IMG/VR virus record: IMGVR_UViG_3300016263_000427
Coordinates: 1 to 37,851 of that record
DNA length: 37,851 nt
Direction: 5' to 3' (one strand)
DNA from: a virus
Lineage: Duplodnaviria > Caudoviricetes
Within the stretch, counting starts at the first letter, position 1; every line of letters begins with the position of its first letter. This document shows positions 1 through 8,413 of the stretch, in pieces. Below the pieces are notes generated by a model. The model had not been told where the DNA came from. It saw only the letters and a list, made by a program, of their open reading frames with translations, and did no database searches. Position numbers and translations under genes: made by a program.

Positions 1-2
1 CA

Positions 3-1163
3 GGTGATGCAGGTCGTTCAGAGGCTGTGTCTCTACTAGTAATAGACGAGGCTGCATTCATCGATAATATTGAAACTATATTCACTGCAGCTCAACAAAC
101 CCTGGCAACAGGTGGTGGTTGTATTGCACTATCGACGCCTAATGGTGTTGGTAACTGGTTTCATAAGACTTATGTCCTAGCACAAGAGCAGAAGAACAAA
201 TTTCTGCCTATTTCACTGCCTTGGACAGTGCACCCAGAACGCGATCAGAAGTGGAGAGACGAGCAGGAGATCACACTAGGTAAACGTAACGCAGCACAAG
301 AGTGCGATTGTAACTTCTCAACATCAGGTAACACAGTTATCGATCCAGAGATCCTCACGTGGTACGAAGAGACTATGATTTGTGATCCTCTAGAGCGCAG
401 AGGAGTTGATAAAGCACTTTGGATCTGGGAATATCCTGATCCTATGAAGTATTATGCAGTAGTAGCTGACGTCGCTCGAGGCGATGGCAACGACTTCTCA
501 GCATTTCATGTCATTGATGTGGAAAATGTGCTACAAGTAGCTGAATTTAAGGCACAAATTGACACTAGAGAGTACGCTAACATGTTGCTCTCTATCTCAT
601 CGGAATATAACAATGCTCTGCTAGTAGTTGAGAACGCTAACATCGGTTGGGATGTCATCCAAACCATTGTGGAGCGAGGCTACACTAACATACATTATAG
701 CTGGAAGAACGATCAACAGCAAGATTTTAGCTCTTATGTTAATCGCATCAACTCAGGCACAGGTGCTGTACCAGGATTCTCTATGACAGAGAAGACTAGA
801 CCACTTGCTGTCGAGAAAATGCGCAACTTTGTTGAGAATAAACTAGCAAATATTAAGTCTGTGAGGTTACTTGACGAGCTCAGAGTCTTCATTTGGAAGA
901 ACGGTAAAGCTCAAGCTATGCAGTCATATAATGACGACTTAGTGATGTCATTCTGTATCGCTATGTTTTTAAGAGAGACATCGCTGAGATATAAAACGAC
1001 AGCAGATAATCTCACTTATGCTGCGCTGAACAACTTCACTAGAACTCAAGATACTACAGTAACATATAACGCAAATAATAAATTCAATCAAAATCCCTGG
1101 GTAATGCCTGTAGCAAATCCTCAAGGACAACAAACGGAAGATTTAACCTGGCTTTTAGGCTAA
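3..1163 (+). CDS. terL: Terminase large subunit (T4 gp17-like), 5'-truncated by the window edge
   Basis: Frame is open from position 3 (GDAGRSEAVSLLVIDEAAFI). Walker B LLVIDEAA, coupling motif STPNG, nuclease motifs VADVARGDGNDFS, VVENANIG and DDLVM. Lies directly upstream of the portal. Confidence 0.95.
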   Translation, partial: GDAGRSEAVSLLVIDEAAFIDNIETIFTAAQQTLATGGGCIALSTPNGVGNWFHKTYVLAQEQKNKFLPISLPWTVHPERDQKWRDEQEITLGKRNAAQECDCNFSTSGNTVIDPEILTWYEETMICDPLERRGVDKALWIWEYPDPMKYYAVVADVARGDGNDFSAFHVIDVENVLQVAEFKAQIDTREYANMLLSISSEYNNALLVVENANIGWDVIQTIVERGYTNIHYSWKNDQQQDFSSYVNRINSGTGAVPGFSMTEKTRPLAVEKMRNFVENKLANIKSVRLLDELRVFIWKNGKAQAMQSYNDDLVMSFCIAMFLRETSLRYKTTADNLTYAALNNFTRTQDTTVTYNANNKFNQNPWVMPVANPQGQQTEDLTWLLG

Positions 1164-1167
1164 TATT

Positions 1168-3066
1168 ATGGCAGAGCAACCAAAAAAACAAGAGAACCTA
1201 TTTTCCACGCTGAGGAGATTATTCTCAACAGATGTCATCATTCGTAATGAAGGCGGAGATCAACTCCGAGTCATCGATCCAGATGCAATTCAGCGAAACG
1301 GCGTCATTCAGACTAACTCTCTAATTGACAGGTTTAATAAAGTTTACACTACATCAACAGCTTATGGTGTTAACCTTAACTTAGCACAAAACTATCAGTC
1401 AGCTCGCGTACAGATTTACGCAGACTACGATGCAATGGACACAGATGCTATCTGTTGCTCTGCATTGGATATCGTATCTGATGAATGTACACTTAAAAAT
1501 GAGCAAGGTGAAGTGCTTCAGATCAGATCATCTGATGAGAACATACAGAAGTTACTTTACAACCTATTCTATTCAGTGCTTAACATTGAATTCAACCTCT
1601 GGTCTTGGGTTCGTAACATGTGTAAGTATGGCGACTTCTATCTCAAGCTAGAGATCGCAGAGAAATATGGCGTTTACAATGTCATACCATTTTCAGCTTA
1701 CAACATTATTCGTGAAGAGGGATACAATCCAAACAATCCTCAAGAGGTTCGCTTTAAATACGATCCTAACGCTACACTAGCCTCATCAACTGGTTATAGC
1801 TCAACACAAAATCGCGACACTGGAGTCTACTTCGACAACTTTGAGATGGCGCATTTTCGCCTGACTGGCGATGTGAACTACTTGCCTTATGGCCGTTCCT
1901 ATTTGGAGCCTGCTCGCAAGCTGTTTAAGCAGTATGTGCTCATTGAAGATGCTATGTTGATTCACCGTATTGTGCGTGCTCCTGAGCGTAGGATATTCTA
2001 TGTGAATGTCGGTGCGATACCTCCTGGTGAAGTAGACAACTACATGCAGCGCATGATCCAAAAGATGAAGAAAACTCCTCTGATGGATCCTAACACAGGT
2101 AACTATAATCTCAAATATAATCAGCAGAACTTGCTTGAAGACTTCTTCATCCCTGTTCGTGGTAACGACACATCTACCAAGATCGATACAGCTAAAGGTC
2201 TTGACTATAATGGCATAGAAGATGTGGCCTATTTCAGAGAAAAGCTCTTTGCAGCTCTCAAGATACCCAAAGCGTTCATGGGCTATGAAAAAGACTTGAC
2301 TGGTAAAGCGACACTAGCAGCTGAAGACATTCGTTTTGCTCGCACTATTGAGCGTTTACAGCGTATTATTGTATCAGAATTGACTAAGATTGCCCTTGTT
2401 CACTTGTATGCACATGGTTACACAAACGAATCAGCTGCAAACTTTACACTATCGCTTACAAATCCGTCTATCATATATGACCAAGAAAGAATTGCTCTCT
2501 TCAAAGAGAAAATCGATCTTGCTAAACAAGCTATGGAAGGTTCACTTCTACCTCTTGAATTCATCTACGACAAAATCTTCCACTTCTCCGAAGACCAGTA
2601 CGCAGAACTCGAAGACATGATCCTTGAGGACAAGAAAAGATCATTCAGATACAAGCAGGTCGAGGAAGAGGGTAATGACCCTGCAGAATCAGGTCAGGCA
2701 TACGGCACACCTCACCAGATTGCTTCTCTATACGGAGGCAAAGAGGACATTCTTAATGTGCCACAAGGCTATGATGAGAAGAAACCAGGCAGACCTAAGA
2801 CATTCGCCTCTATTTCAGGCACTGATAAATCAGCCTTTGGTCGCGATCCTGTAGCACCTGCATACAAAAAGAACGCTGAAACAGGTGAGGATTCATATAA
2901 GGTGGCATTTAAGGACGACAGTCCTTTAGCTCTTGAGAGCACCATGGGAGAATACCTAAAGAACAAAACTGCTCTAGATAAAATGTTCGCTAAGTCTAGA
3001 AAAGTTCAATTATTCGAGGAACCAGATCTTATGAGTGATGCCAATATTAAGGAGCATTTAGACTAA
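1168..3066 (+). CDS. Portal vertex protein (T4 gp20-like) with C-terminal extension
   Basis: gp20-type motifs YGRSYLEPARK, EDAMLIHRIVRAPERRIFYVNVG, LEDFFIPVRG, DVAYFREKLFAALKIP and EDIRFARTIERLQ. Follows terL. Confidence 0.93.
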   Translation: MAEQPKKQENLFSTLRRLFSTDVIIRNEGGDQLRVIDPDAIQRNGVIQTNSLIDRFNKVYTTSTAYGVNLNLAQNYQSARVQIYADYDAMDTDAICCSALDIVSDECTLKNEQGEVLQIRSSDENIQKLLYNLFYSVLNIEFNLWSWVRNMCKYGDFYLKLEIAEKYGVYNVIPFSAYNIIREEGYNPNNPQEVRFKYDPNATLASSTGYSSTQNRDTGVYFDNFEMAHFRLTGDVNYLPYGRSYLEPARKLFKQYVLIEDAMLIHRIVRAPERRIFYVNVGAIPPGEVDNYMQRMIQKMKKTPLMDPNTGNYNLKYNQQNLLEDFFIPVRGNDTSTKIDTAKGLDYNGIEDVAYFREKLFAALKIPKAFMGYEKDLTGKATLAAEDIRFARTIERLQRIIVSELTKIALVHLYAHGYTNESAANFTLSLTNPSIIYDQERIALFKEKIDLAKQAMEGSLLPLEFIYDKIFHFSEDQYAELEDMILEDKKRSFRYKQVEEEGNDPAESGQAYGTPHQIASLYGGKEDILNVPQGYDEKKPGRPKTFASISGTDKSAFGRDPVAPAYKKNAETGEDSYKVAFKDDSPLALESTMGEYLKNKTALDKMFAKSRKVQLFEEPDLMSDANIKEHLD

Positions 3067-3083
3067 TAAATAGGTAATATTTA

Positions 3084-3092
3084 GATATTTAT
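3084..3092 (+). promoter_or_regulatory. Putative late promoter motif GATATTTAT
   Basis: Recurrent intergenic ATATTTAT motif, 25 nt upstream of ATG 3118. Confidence 0.65.
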
Positions 3093-3117
3093 TGAAAGTG
3101 GATCTGTAACAAAAACT

Positions 3118-3969
3118 ATGGCCATAAAACACTCAAAATATCGCAATACCGGTATTTTATTTGAACTTCTAGTTCGACAAACGACTTCTGATTTAATCAA
3201 TAATCAGGACTCTAAAGCTGTCAAGATACTTAAAAAGTATTTTATTAATACAGAATTAGGCAAAGAATATGGCCTTTACAGCACCTTTTCTGGTAGCCAA
3301 AAGCTAACAGAAGCTAAGGCTGAAATGCTCATTTCCACTATTTTAGAGCAGTACAGGAAGCTAGATCTAGAGAAGATTAATAAGCTAAAGTACAATCTCA
3401 TTAAAGAGATTAAACAGGCTTACGATCTAGACAATTTCTTCAAGGCAAAAGTGGATAACTACAAGCCTTTTGCTTCTATTTATACTCTTTTTGAGTCTCA
3501 AAACTCTAAAACCGTTGATACCAAGCAAGTACTACTTAACAAGATCACTCTTCTAGAGCATCTTACTGGAGTTAACGCTGATAATCAGAAGGCTCCTCAG
3601 TCACTTGTTGAAGAATTCATGAAAGAGGACAAGGAAATCAGGCTATTAGCCTACAAAATCCTTGTTGAGAAGTTCAACGACAAGTACAAGAACTTTTCTG
3701 ACAGACAGAAAGGTATCCTTAAAGAGTACATTAATAACGTATCAGATACCAAGAACCTCAAGGACTATCTCAATAGCCAACTTGAGTCAATAAAGCAAGA
3801 ATTAACCGAGCTTAAAGCGGCCACAAAAGATCAGGTTGTGAAAATCAAACTCGAAGAAGTGATCAAGTTCATCAAGCCTATTAAAGAAGGACACACAATT
3901 AAAGATGAAGTTATCACAGGTATTCTTCAGTACTGCGATCTTATTGAGGAACTTAAAAAGCAGGGATAA
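3118..3969 (+). CDS. Hypothetical head-module protein (helical, Lys/Glu-rich)
   Basis: 283-aa ORF (MAIKHSKYRNTGILFELLVRQ) between portal and protease, preceded by the late motif. Confidence 0.75.
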   Translation: MAIKHSKYRNTGILFELLVRQTTSDLINNQDSKAVKILKKYFINTELGKEYGLYSTFSGSQKLTEAKAEMLISTILEQYRKLDLEKINKLKYNLIKEIKQAYDLDNFFKAKVDNYKPFASIYTLFESQNSKTVDTKQVLLNKITLLEHLTGVNADNQKAPQSLVEEFMKEDKEIRLLAYKILVEKFNDKYKNFSDRQKGILKEYINNVSDTKNLKDYLNSQLESIKQELTELKAATKDQVVKIKLEEVIKFIKPIKEGHTIKDEVITGILQYCDLIEELKKQG

Positions 3970-4700
3970 TGAAGCAATTCAACACTCAGTTTGCGACACA
4001 GAAACTAAGAGAGACTCTCAATGAAGTAAAATTCACTATAGATGATAGTGATCTCTACGGTGCTGTAATGGACAGATACATGAGAGGCGCATCAGTTCAG
4101 GACATGCTCATTAAAGATGAAGGTGATTATTTAGAAACAGACGAGGAGACATTTCAAGGCGTACAAGCCATAGCAATGGATCTAGACAAAGTAGATGCAC
4201 TTGTCAGACTTGACAGTATGAAAGAGACCTCTGCCACAGGTGCAGGAGCAAATTTTGTGCCTGGAACTGGTGAGCAGTTGGCAACTCCTAAGGCTTTTAA
4301 AAAGACAGATGAGCAAAAAGATGTCGAGCCTAAATTAGCTGCTGGTAAAGCAAAGGTATATATGAAAGACAAGTGGGACTGGAAAGAAGCTCCTTCAATT
4401 CCTAACAGGCCATCAAAAGGTGGATTCATTTATAAGCAGATATTTGAAGGCGAGCAACTTGACGAAAACTACTCTCGTTTCAAGAAAGAAACTAAGACTC
4501 GCACCAACGAACAGCAGCTCCACGCTGCAATGCGTTTGGCAGAGAAGAAGATTCACGAAGCCAACAGGATCCTTGAGTACACAGTTCAACTGAGAACTGA
4601 ACTCAACGAGACAAAGGTAAACAAGAACACCCAGAAACTCATGGAGAAAATCACCAGAGGCATAGCTGAGGCATATGGTAAAATGAAAAAATTGAAATGA
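3969..4700 (+). CDS. Hypothetical head-associated protein
   Basis: 243 aa, coupled to the previous gene by TAATG overlap. Several [LIM]-x-E sites and a C-terminal coiled coil. Confidence 0.75.
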   Translation: MKQFNTQFATQKLRETLNEVKFTIDDSDLYGAVMDRYMRGASVQDMLIKDEGDYLETDEETFQGVQAIAMDLDKVDALVRLDSMKETSATGAGANFVPGTGEQLATPKAFKKTDEQKDVEPKLAAGKAKVYMKDKWDWKEAPSIPNRPSKGGFIYKQIFEGEQLDENYSRFKKETKTRTNEQQLHAAMRLAEKKIHEANRILEYTVQLRTELNETKVNKNTQKLMEKITRGIAEAYGKMKKLK

Positions 4701-4701
4701 T

Positions 4702-5142
4702 ATGAAACCATTCAACTTCAATAAGTACATCAAGAATAATCCCCTTCTAAAGGAACTCTCTCCAGATACTTTTAAAAGTGCTATAAATAAATCAAAAGAG
4801 AGAGGCACAGATAGAAGAACTGAGAGGTTTGGTAGACTTTTTTTTAATGAATTTATAGGCAAACCTCTTCTTGGAGGCACTATAAAAGACATATATACAT
4901 CTAGTCCTCAACAAGGAAACTATGCTGATGTAATTATACAAGTTGAAAAACCAACAAAAGAAAATCCTGAAAAAATGGATGAAGTCTTTATTTACTACGA
5001 TATACAAAAAGACGATTATGGTCTGGAAAATAAACAAATCCCAGTGTCAGACGCTAGACAGCTTTCTTTAATAGCAAAAAAGATAAATCCTGACACTAAA
5101 TATAAGAATCACACAGCGACTTTTAATATACAAGGAAACTAA
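4702..5142 (+). CDS. Hypothetical protein, possible internal head protein
   Basis: 146 aa, tightly packed with neighbours. N-terminus MKPFNFNKYIKNNPLLKE ends in an L-x-E motif. Confidence 0.65.
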   Translation: MKPFNFNKYIKNNPLLKELSPDTFKSAINKSKERGTDRRTERFGRLFFNEFIGKPLLGGTIKDIYTSSPQQGNYADVIIQVEKPTKENPEKMDEVFIYYDIQKDDYGLENKQIPVSDARQLSLIAKKINPDTKYKNHTATFNIQGN

Positions 5143-5145
5143 TAA

Positions 5146-5286
5146 ATGGCAAAGACCAAAACAAATAAAAAGGCCGGTATGAACGTCGGTAAGATTAGTT
5201 TCGGTAAAAGGCGCACAGGAGTGCCAAAAAAGAAATGGGGACCTAAGGAAGAGAAGCCAAAGGCATACAAAGGACAAGGAAGATAG
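5146..5286 (+). CDS. Small very basic protein (46 aa) ending YKGQGR; not in the supplied ORF track
   Basis: ATG 5146 to TAG 5286 reads MAKTKTNKKAGMNVGKISFGKRRTGVPKKKWGPKEEKPKAYKGQGR and fills the gap between its neighbours. Confidence 0.75.
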   Translation: MAKTKTNKKAGMNVGKISFGKRRTGVPKKKWGPKEEKPKAYKGQGR

Positions 5287-5294
5287 ATATTTAT
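5286..5294 (+). promoter_or_regulatory. Putative late promoter motif GATATTTAT
   Basis: Exact motif 4 nt upstream of ATG 5299. Confidence 0.6.
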
Positions 5295-5298
5295 TAGC

Positions 5299-6480
5299 AT
5301 GACAACACTAGAATTATATCGCAAGCACAAAAAAGGTGAAATCGGCCGCGACCGTTTCCTTTACGAGGTTCGCAGGGACAACAACCTGCCATGGGTAACA
5401 AACACCACATCCTACGATGATGCTGTGAAAATCCTCAAGAACAAAGGTATAATCAGAGAGGCTCAGTTTGAGCCACAAAATATTCCTACAGATCCTCTCG
5501 TGGATCGTGTTAATCCCTACGCTCTGAAAAGAGAAGTAGAGAAGTTGTTGGCTAAAGAGACTGAGTTGACTAACGATTCTTATAAATTAGCTCTTAATAA
5601 AGCTGCTAAGAAATTGACTACTCCTGAGGCCGTTAAAAAAGCAATGTTTGCTAATGCTGAATCGGTAGAGAAGGCAGATGCGAAACTTAAGACTCAACCT
5701 GTTAAAAAGAATAATCTCAAAGATAAGGCCAACGAGATGAAGAAGGCTAAAGGCCAAGCAATGCCTAAAGCCACTGCAGCTCCTACAAAAGAGAACAAGA
5801 AGGCTAAGAAGCCGAAAGGAGTTGAGGTCATGAAGGACAAAGGAGTAGAAGGTAGCGAGAAAGTGCTCAGAGAAACAGCACTTGCAGAGCTCCAGTCTTT
5901 TTTAAAAAAAAAGCTTAATCTAAGCGAAGACGTACACTACGAATATCATGTAGGTTCAGAAGTTCATCTGCCTGAAGGTGGCACTGGTAAGATCATTGAG
6001 ATCACCGGTGGCACATGCACCGTTGAAGTAGCTGACGGTAGTCACAGAGATATCCAAATGAATGTGCTTGGCCATGCCAAGAAAAAGGCAATGGAAGCTA
6101 ATGAGCATCCTGCTATGGCCGAAAAAAATGAGAATTATGAAACTGGTATGAAATTAGCTAATAAGCTAGTTGATGCCATTGAAATGTATAATTCGCTCTC
6201 TGATGAAGAAAAAGAGGCTGAAGCCAAGCGTTTAGGTGTTGATGTTCTAGCTAAATTAAAAGCAGCTCACGACGATATCATGAATAGGATTCACGACGAG
6301 TCTAATTATCCTGCGCAAGAGGAAGAAATGGACGAAGCAGTAGATGCAGTCACAGGAATTAATCCAAATACTGGAGAACGCACAACTTTGGGAGTATTTA
6401 AAGCAGGTCAAGGCAGAAAAATAGCCCAAGATTTTAAATCTAAAGGAGCCACTTCAGTTCAAGTAAATGCAATTTCTTAA
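5299..6480 (+). CDS. Hypothetical head-module protein; Lys-rich N-half, SH3/KOW-like segment after an internal slippery run
   Basis: 393-aa ORF with T6A9G at 5898-5913. Segment YHVGSEVHLPEGGTGKIIEITGGTCTVEVADG resembles a small beta-barrel. Confidence 0.75.
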   Translation: MTTLELYRKHKKGEIGRDRFLYEVRRDNNLPWVTNTTSYDDAVKILKNKGIIREAQFEPQNIPTDPLVDRVNPYALKREVEKLLAKETELTNDSYKLALNKAAKKLTTPEAVKKAMFANAESVEKADAKLKTQPVKKNNLKDKANEMKKAKGQAMPKATAAPTKENKKAKKPKGVEVMKDKGVEGSEKVLRETALAELQSFLKKKLNLSEDVHYEYHVGSEVHLPEGGTGKIIEITGGTCTVEVADGSHRDIQMNVLGHAKKKAMEANEHPAMAEKNENYETGMKLANKLVDAIEMYNSLSDEEKEAEAKRLGVDVLAKLKAAHDDIMNRIHDESNYPAQEEEMDEAVDAVTGINPNTGERTTLGVFKAGQGRKIAQDFKSKGATSVQVNAIS

Positions 6481-6481
6481 T

Positions 6482-7111
6482 ATGTCCAAGCAACTACTCA
6501 TAGAATACCAAGCCTTTCAACCTCTGCAACAGTCACTGACTGAAGCAAAGCGTCTTGCTAATGGCAACATGATTGTGTCCGGCTTGGTACAAGCTTGTGA
6601 CAAACCAAATGCTAATAAGAGGATTTATCCTTATGAGATTCTAAGAGAGCAAGTTGAGAAATACTTGTTAGGACCTATAAAAGAGAACAGAGCTCTAGGC
6701 GAGTTAGATCATCCAGAGTCTTCTGTAATCAACTTAAAGAACGTGTCTCATAATATTCTGAGATTGTGGTGGGATGGCAAAGACCTCTATGGTGACATTG
6801 AAATTCTGCCTACACCATCAGGTAATATCTTAAGAGAGTTGTTTAAAAACAACATCACTGTGGGAATTTCATCCCGCGCTATGGGATCTGTAAAGCCTAT
6901 CGGCGAAGGTCTTGTACAAGTCGAAGACGATCTTGATCTCATTTGCTGGGACTTCGTATCCACACCATCAACTTATGGTGCTTATGTGCGTCCAGTTGGC
7001 GGATTAAGAGAGGGTTTAGATATGACTATAGGTAAGCCTACAAACAAGATTAATCAGTTAATATCTGATATTATCTGCTCTCAATCAGGAGTTTGCTGCC
7101 TCAGCAAATAA
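6482..7111 (+). CDS. Prohead maturation protease (T4 gp21-like)
   Basis: Motifs PNANKRIYP, ALGELDHP (catalytic His), VSH, GISSRAMGS (catalytic Ser) and WDFVSTPS. Start taken as ATG 6482, just after the upstream stop. Confidence 0.93.
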   Translation: MSKQLLIEYQAFQPLQQSLTEAKRLANGNMIVSGLVQACDKPNANKRIYPYEILREQVEKYLLGPIKENRALGELDHPESSVINLKNVSHNILRLWWDGKDLYGDIEILPTPSGNILRELFKNNITVGISSRAMGSVKPIGEGLVQVEDDLDLICWDFVSTPSTYGAYVRPVGGLREGLDMTIGKPTNKINQLISDIICSQSGVCCLSK

Positions 7112-7144
7112 TTTTAGTAAATACTTATTTTTCGATCTACACTA

Positions 7145-7153
7145 GATATTTAT
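7145..7153 (+). promoter_or_regulatory. Putative late promoter motif GATATTTAT for the scaffold-capsid operon
   Basis: Exact motif in the intergenic region upstream of 7248. Confidence 0.7.
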
Positions 7154-7160
7154 GGTATAT

Positions 7161-7225
7161 GTGTCACCAATCTAATGTGACACTACGTAAATAAATCTTA
7201 TATTGCCTCGAATCTAATAGGCAAT
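7161..7225 (+). promoter_or_regulatory. Twin stem-loops with shared AATCTAAT loop in the 5' leader
   Basis: GTGTCAC-caatctaat-GTGACAC (7161-7183) and ATTGCCT-cgaatctaat-AGGCAAT (7202-7225). Confidence 0.7.
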
Positions 7226-7247
7226 CAAATCATCAAAATAAAAAACG

Positions 7248-8396
7248 ATGAGCAATCTTTATCAAGATGCTATTCTTGATGCTAAAGCACTAAGAGCTTC
7301 TGCTATTGCTAACGCAAAGGCAGCACTCGAGGAGGCTTTCGAACCTAAGATTCAAGAGATGCTTCGCGCTAAACTTTCTGAAGAGGAAGTTAGTGAAATC
7401 GCTGAAGCTGAAGAAATCGAAGAGGTTAAGCATGAAGAAAAAGACATCAAAGAAGAGGTCGCAGTTGAGGAGGCTACTGAGGTAGCTGAGTCTACTGAGA
7501 TCAACGAGCAAGAGCTGGATGAAATCCTTGCTCAGCTTGAAGAGCTCGACCGTGTTGAAGAGGCTAAAGTAGAAGAGACCGAAACCATCTCAGAAGAAAA
7601 AGAAGAGATGGAAGAGGCTAAAGATGCTGAGGCTGATCACATGGAAGAAGCTAAAAAAGATGAAGAGGAAGAAGGCGAAGAGGAAGAAGCTGAAGAAGGT
7701 GAAGAAGAGGCTGGCGAGGAAGGCGAAGCTCCTGAAGCAGAAGAAGAAGAAGTAGTAGATGATGAGACTAAGGTGATTGATATCACTCTTGGTGATCTGA
7801 AGCAAGTACTTCAATCTGTGATGGGTGCACAAGCTGATCTTGGTATGCCTGCTGAAGAGCCTACTGCAGATTCTGAGGCTGAAGCTGAGATTTCTCTTGA
7901 CGAGATTCTCGACGAGTTAGAAGCTGAAGGAGCTCAAGACATCGGCCATTACGATGCCGCTGATGTACAAGCTGCTGATCTTCAACACGCTGAAGATTTC
8001 GGAATGCAGGAAAAGAAGGAGATGGAAATGGAAGCTAAAGGAGTTGAAAAAGAGCTTAAAGAAGCCAAAGCAACTATCGAAGCTATGCGTAAAGATCTCC
8101 AGGAGGTTAACCTGCTTAATGCAAAATACCTCTACATGAACAAGTTGTTTAAGTCTAAGTCGCTAACTGAATCCCAAAAGATGAAAGTAATCAACGCTCT
8201 TGATCGCGCTGCTTCTGTAGCTGAGGTTAAGAATGCTTACGAGACCTTGAAGGAGTCTTTCGAGACTAAGAAGCAAACAATTAAGGAATCAATCGGTTTT
8301 GCTTCGAAGCCCGCTGGTGTGGCTCCGAAGGCCAATATTGTGGAGGCTGACCAGTTCATCTCCCGTTGGCAGAAACTCGCCGGTATTAACAAATAA
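7248..8396 (+). CDS. Prohead core scaffold protein (T4 gp22-like)
   Basis: Very acidic coiled-coil 382-aa protein between protease and major capsid protein, with many [ILVM]-x-E sites. C-terminus RWQKLAGI. Confidence 0.85.
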   Translation: MSNLYQDAILDAKALRASAIANAKAALEEAFEPKIQEMLRAKLSEEEVSEIAEAEEIEEVKHEEKDIKEEVAVEEATEVAESTEINEQELDEILAQLEELDRVEEAKVEETETISEEKEEMEEAKDAEADHMEEAKKDEEEEGEEEEAEEGEEEAGEEGEAPEAEEEEVVDDETKVIDITLGDLKQVLQSVMGAQADLGMPAEEPTADSEAEAEISLDEILDELEAEGAQDIGHYDAADVQAADLQHAEDFGMQEKKEMEMEAKGVEKELKEAKATIEAMRKDLQEVNLLNAKYLYMNKLFKSKSLTESQKMKVINALDRAASVAEVKNAYETLKESFETKKQTIKESIGFASKPAGVAPKANIVEADQFISRWQKLAGINK

Positions 8397-8413
8397 CAAA
8401 ACCAAACAAAACA

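Noticed and set aside
4838-4845. T8 run in the 4702 ORF as a slippage site
   Set aside because: Region is AT-rich, and no domain boundary or other support for recoding was seen.
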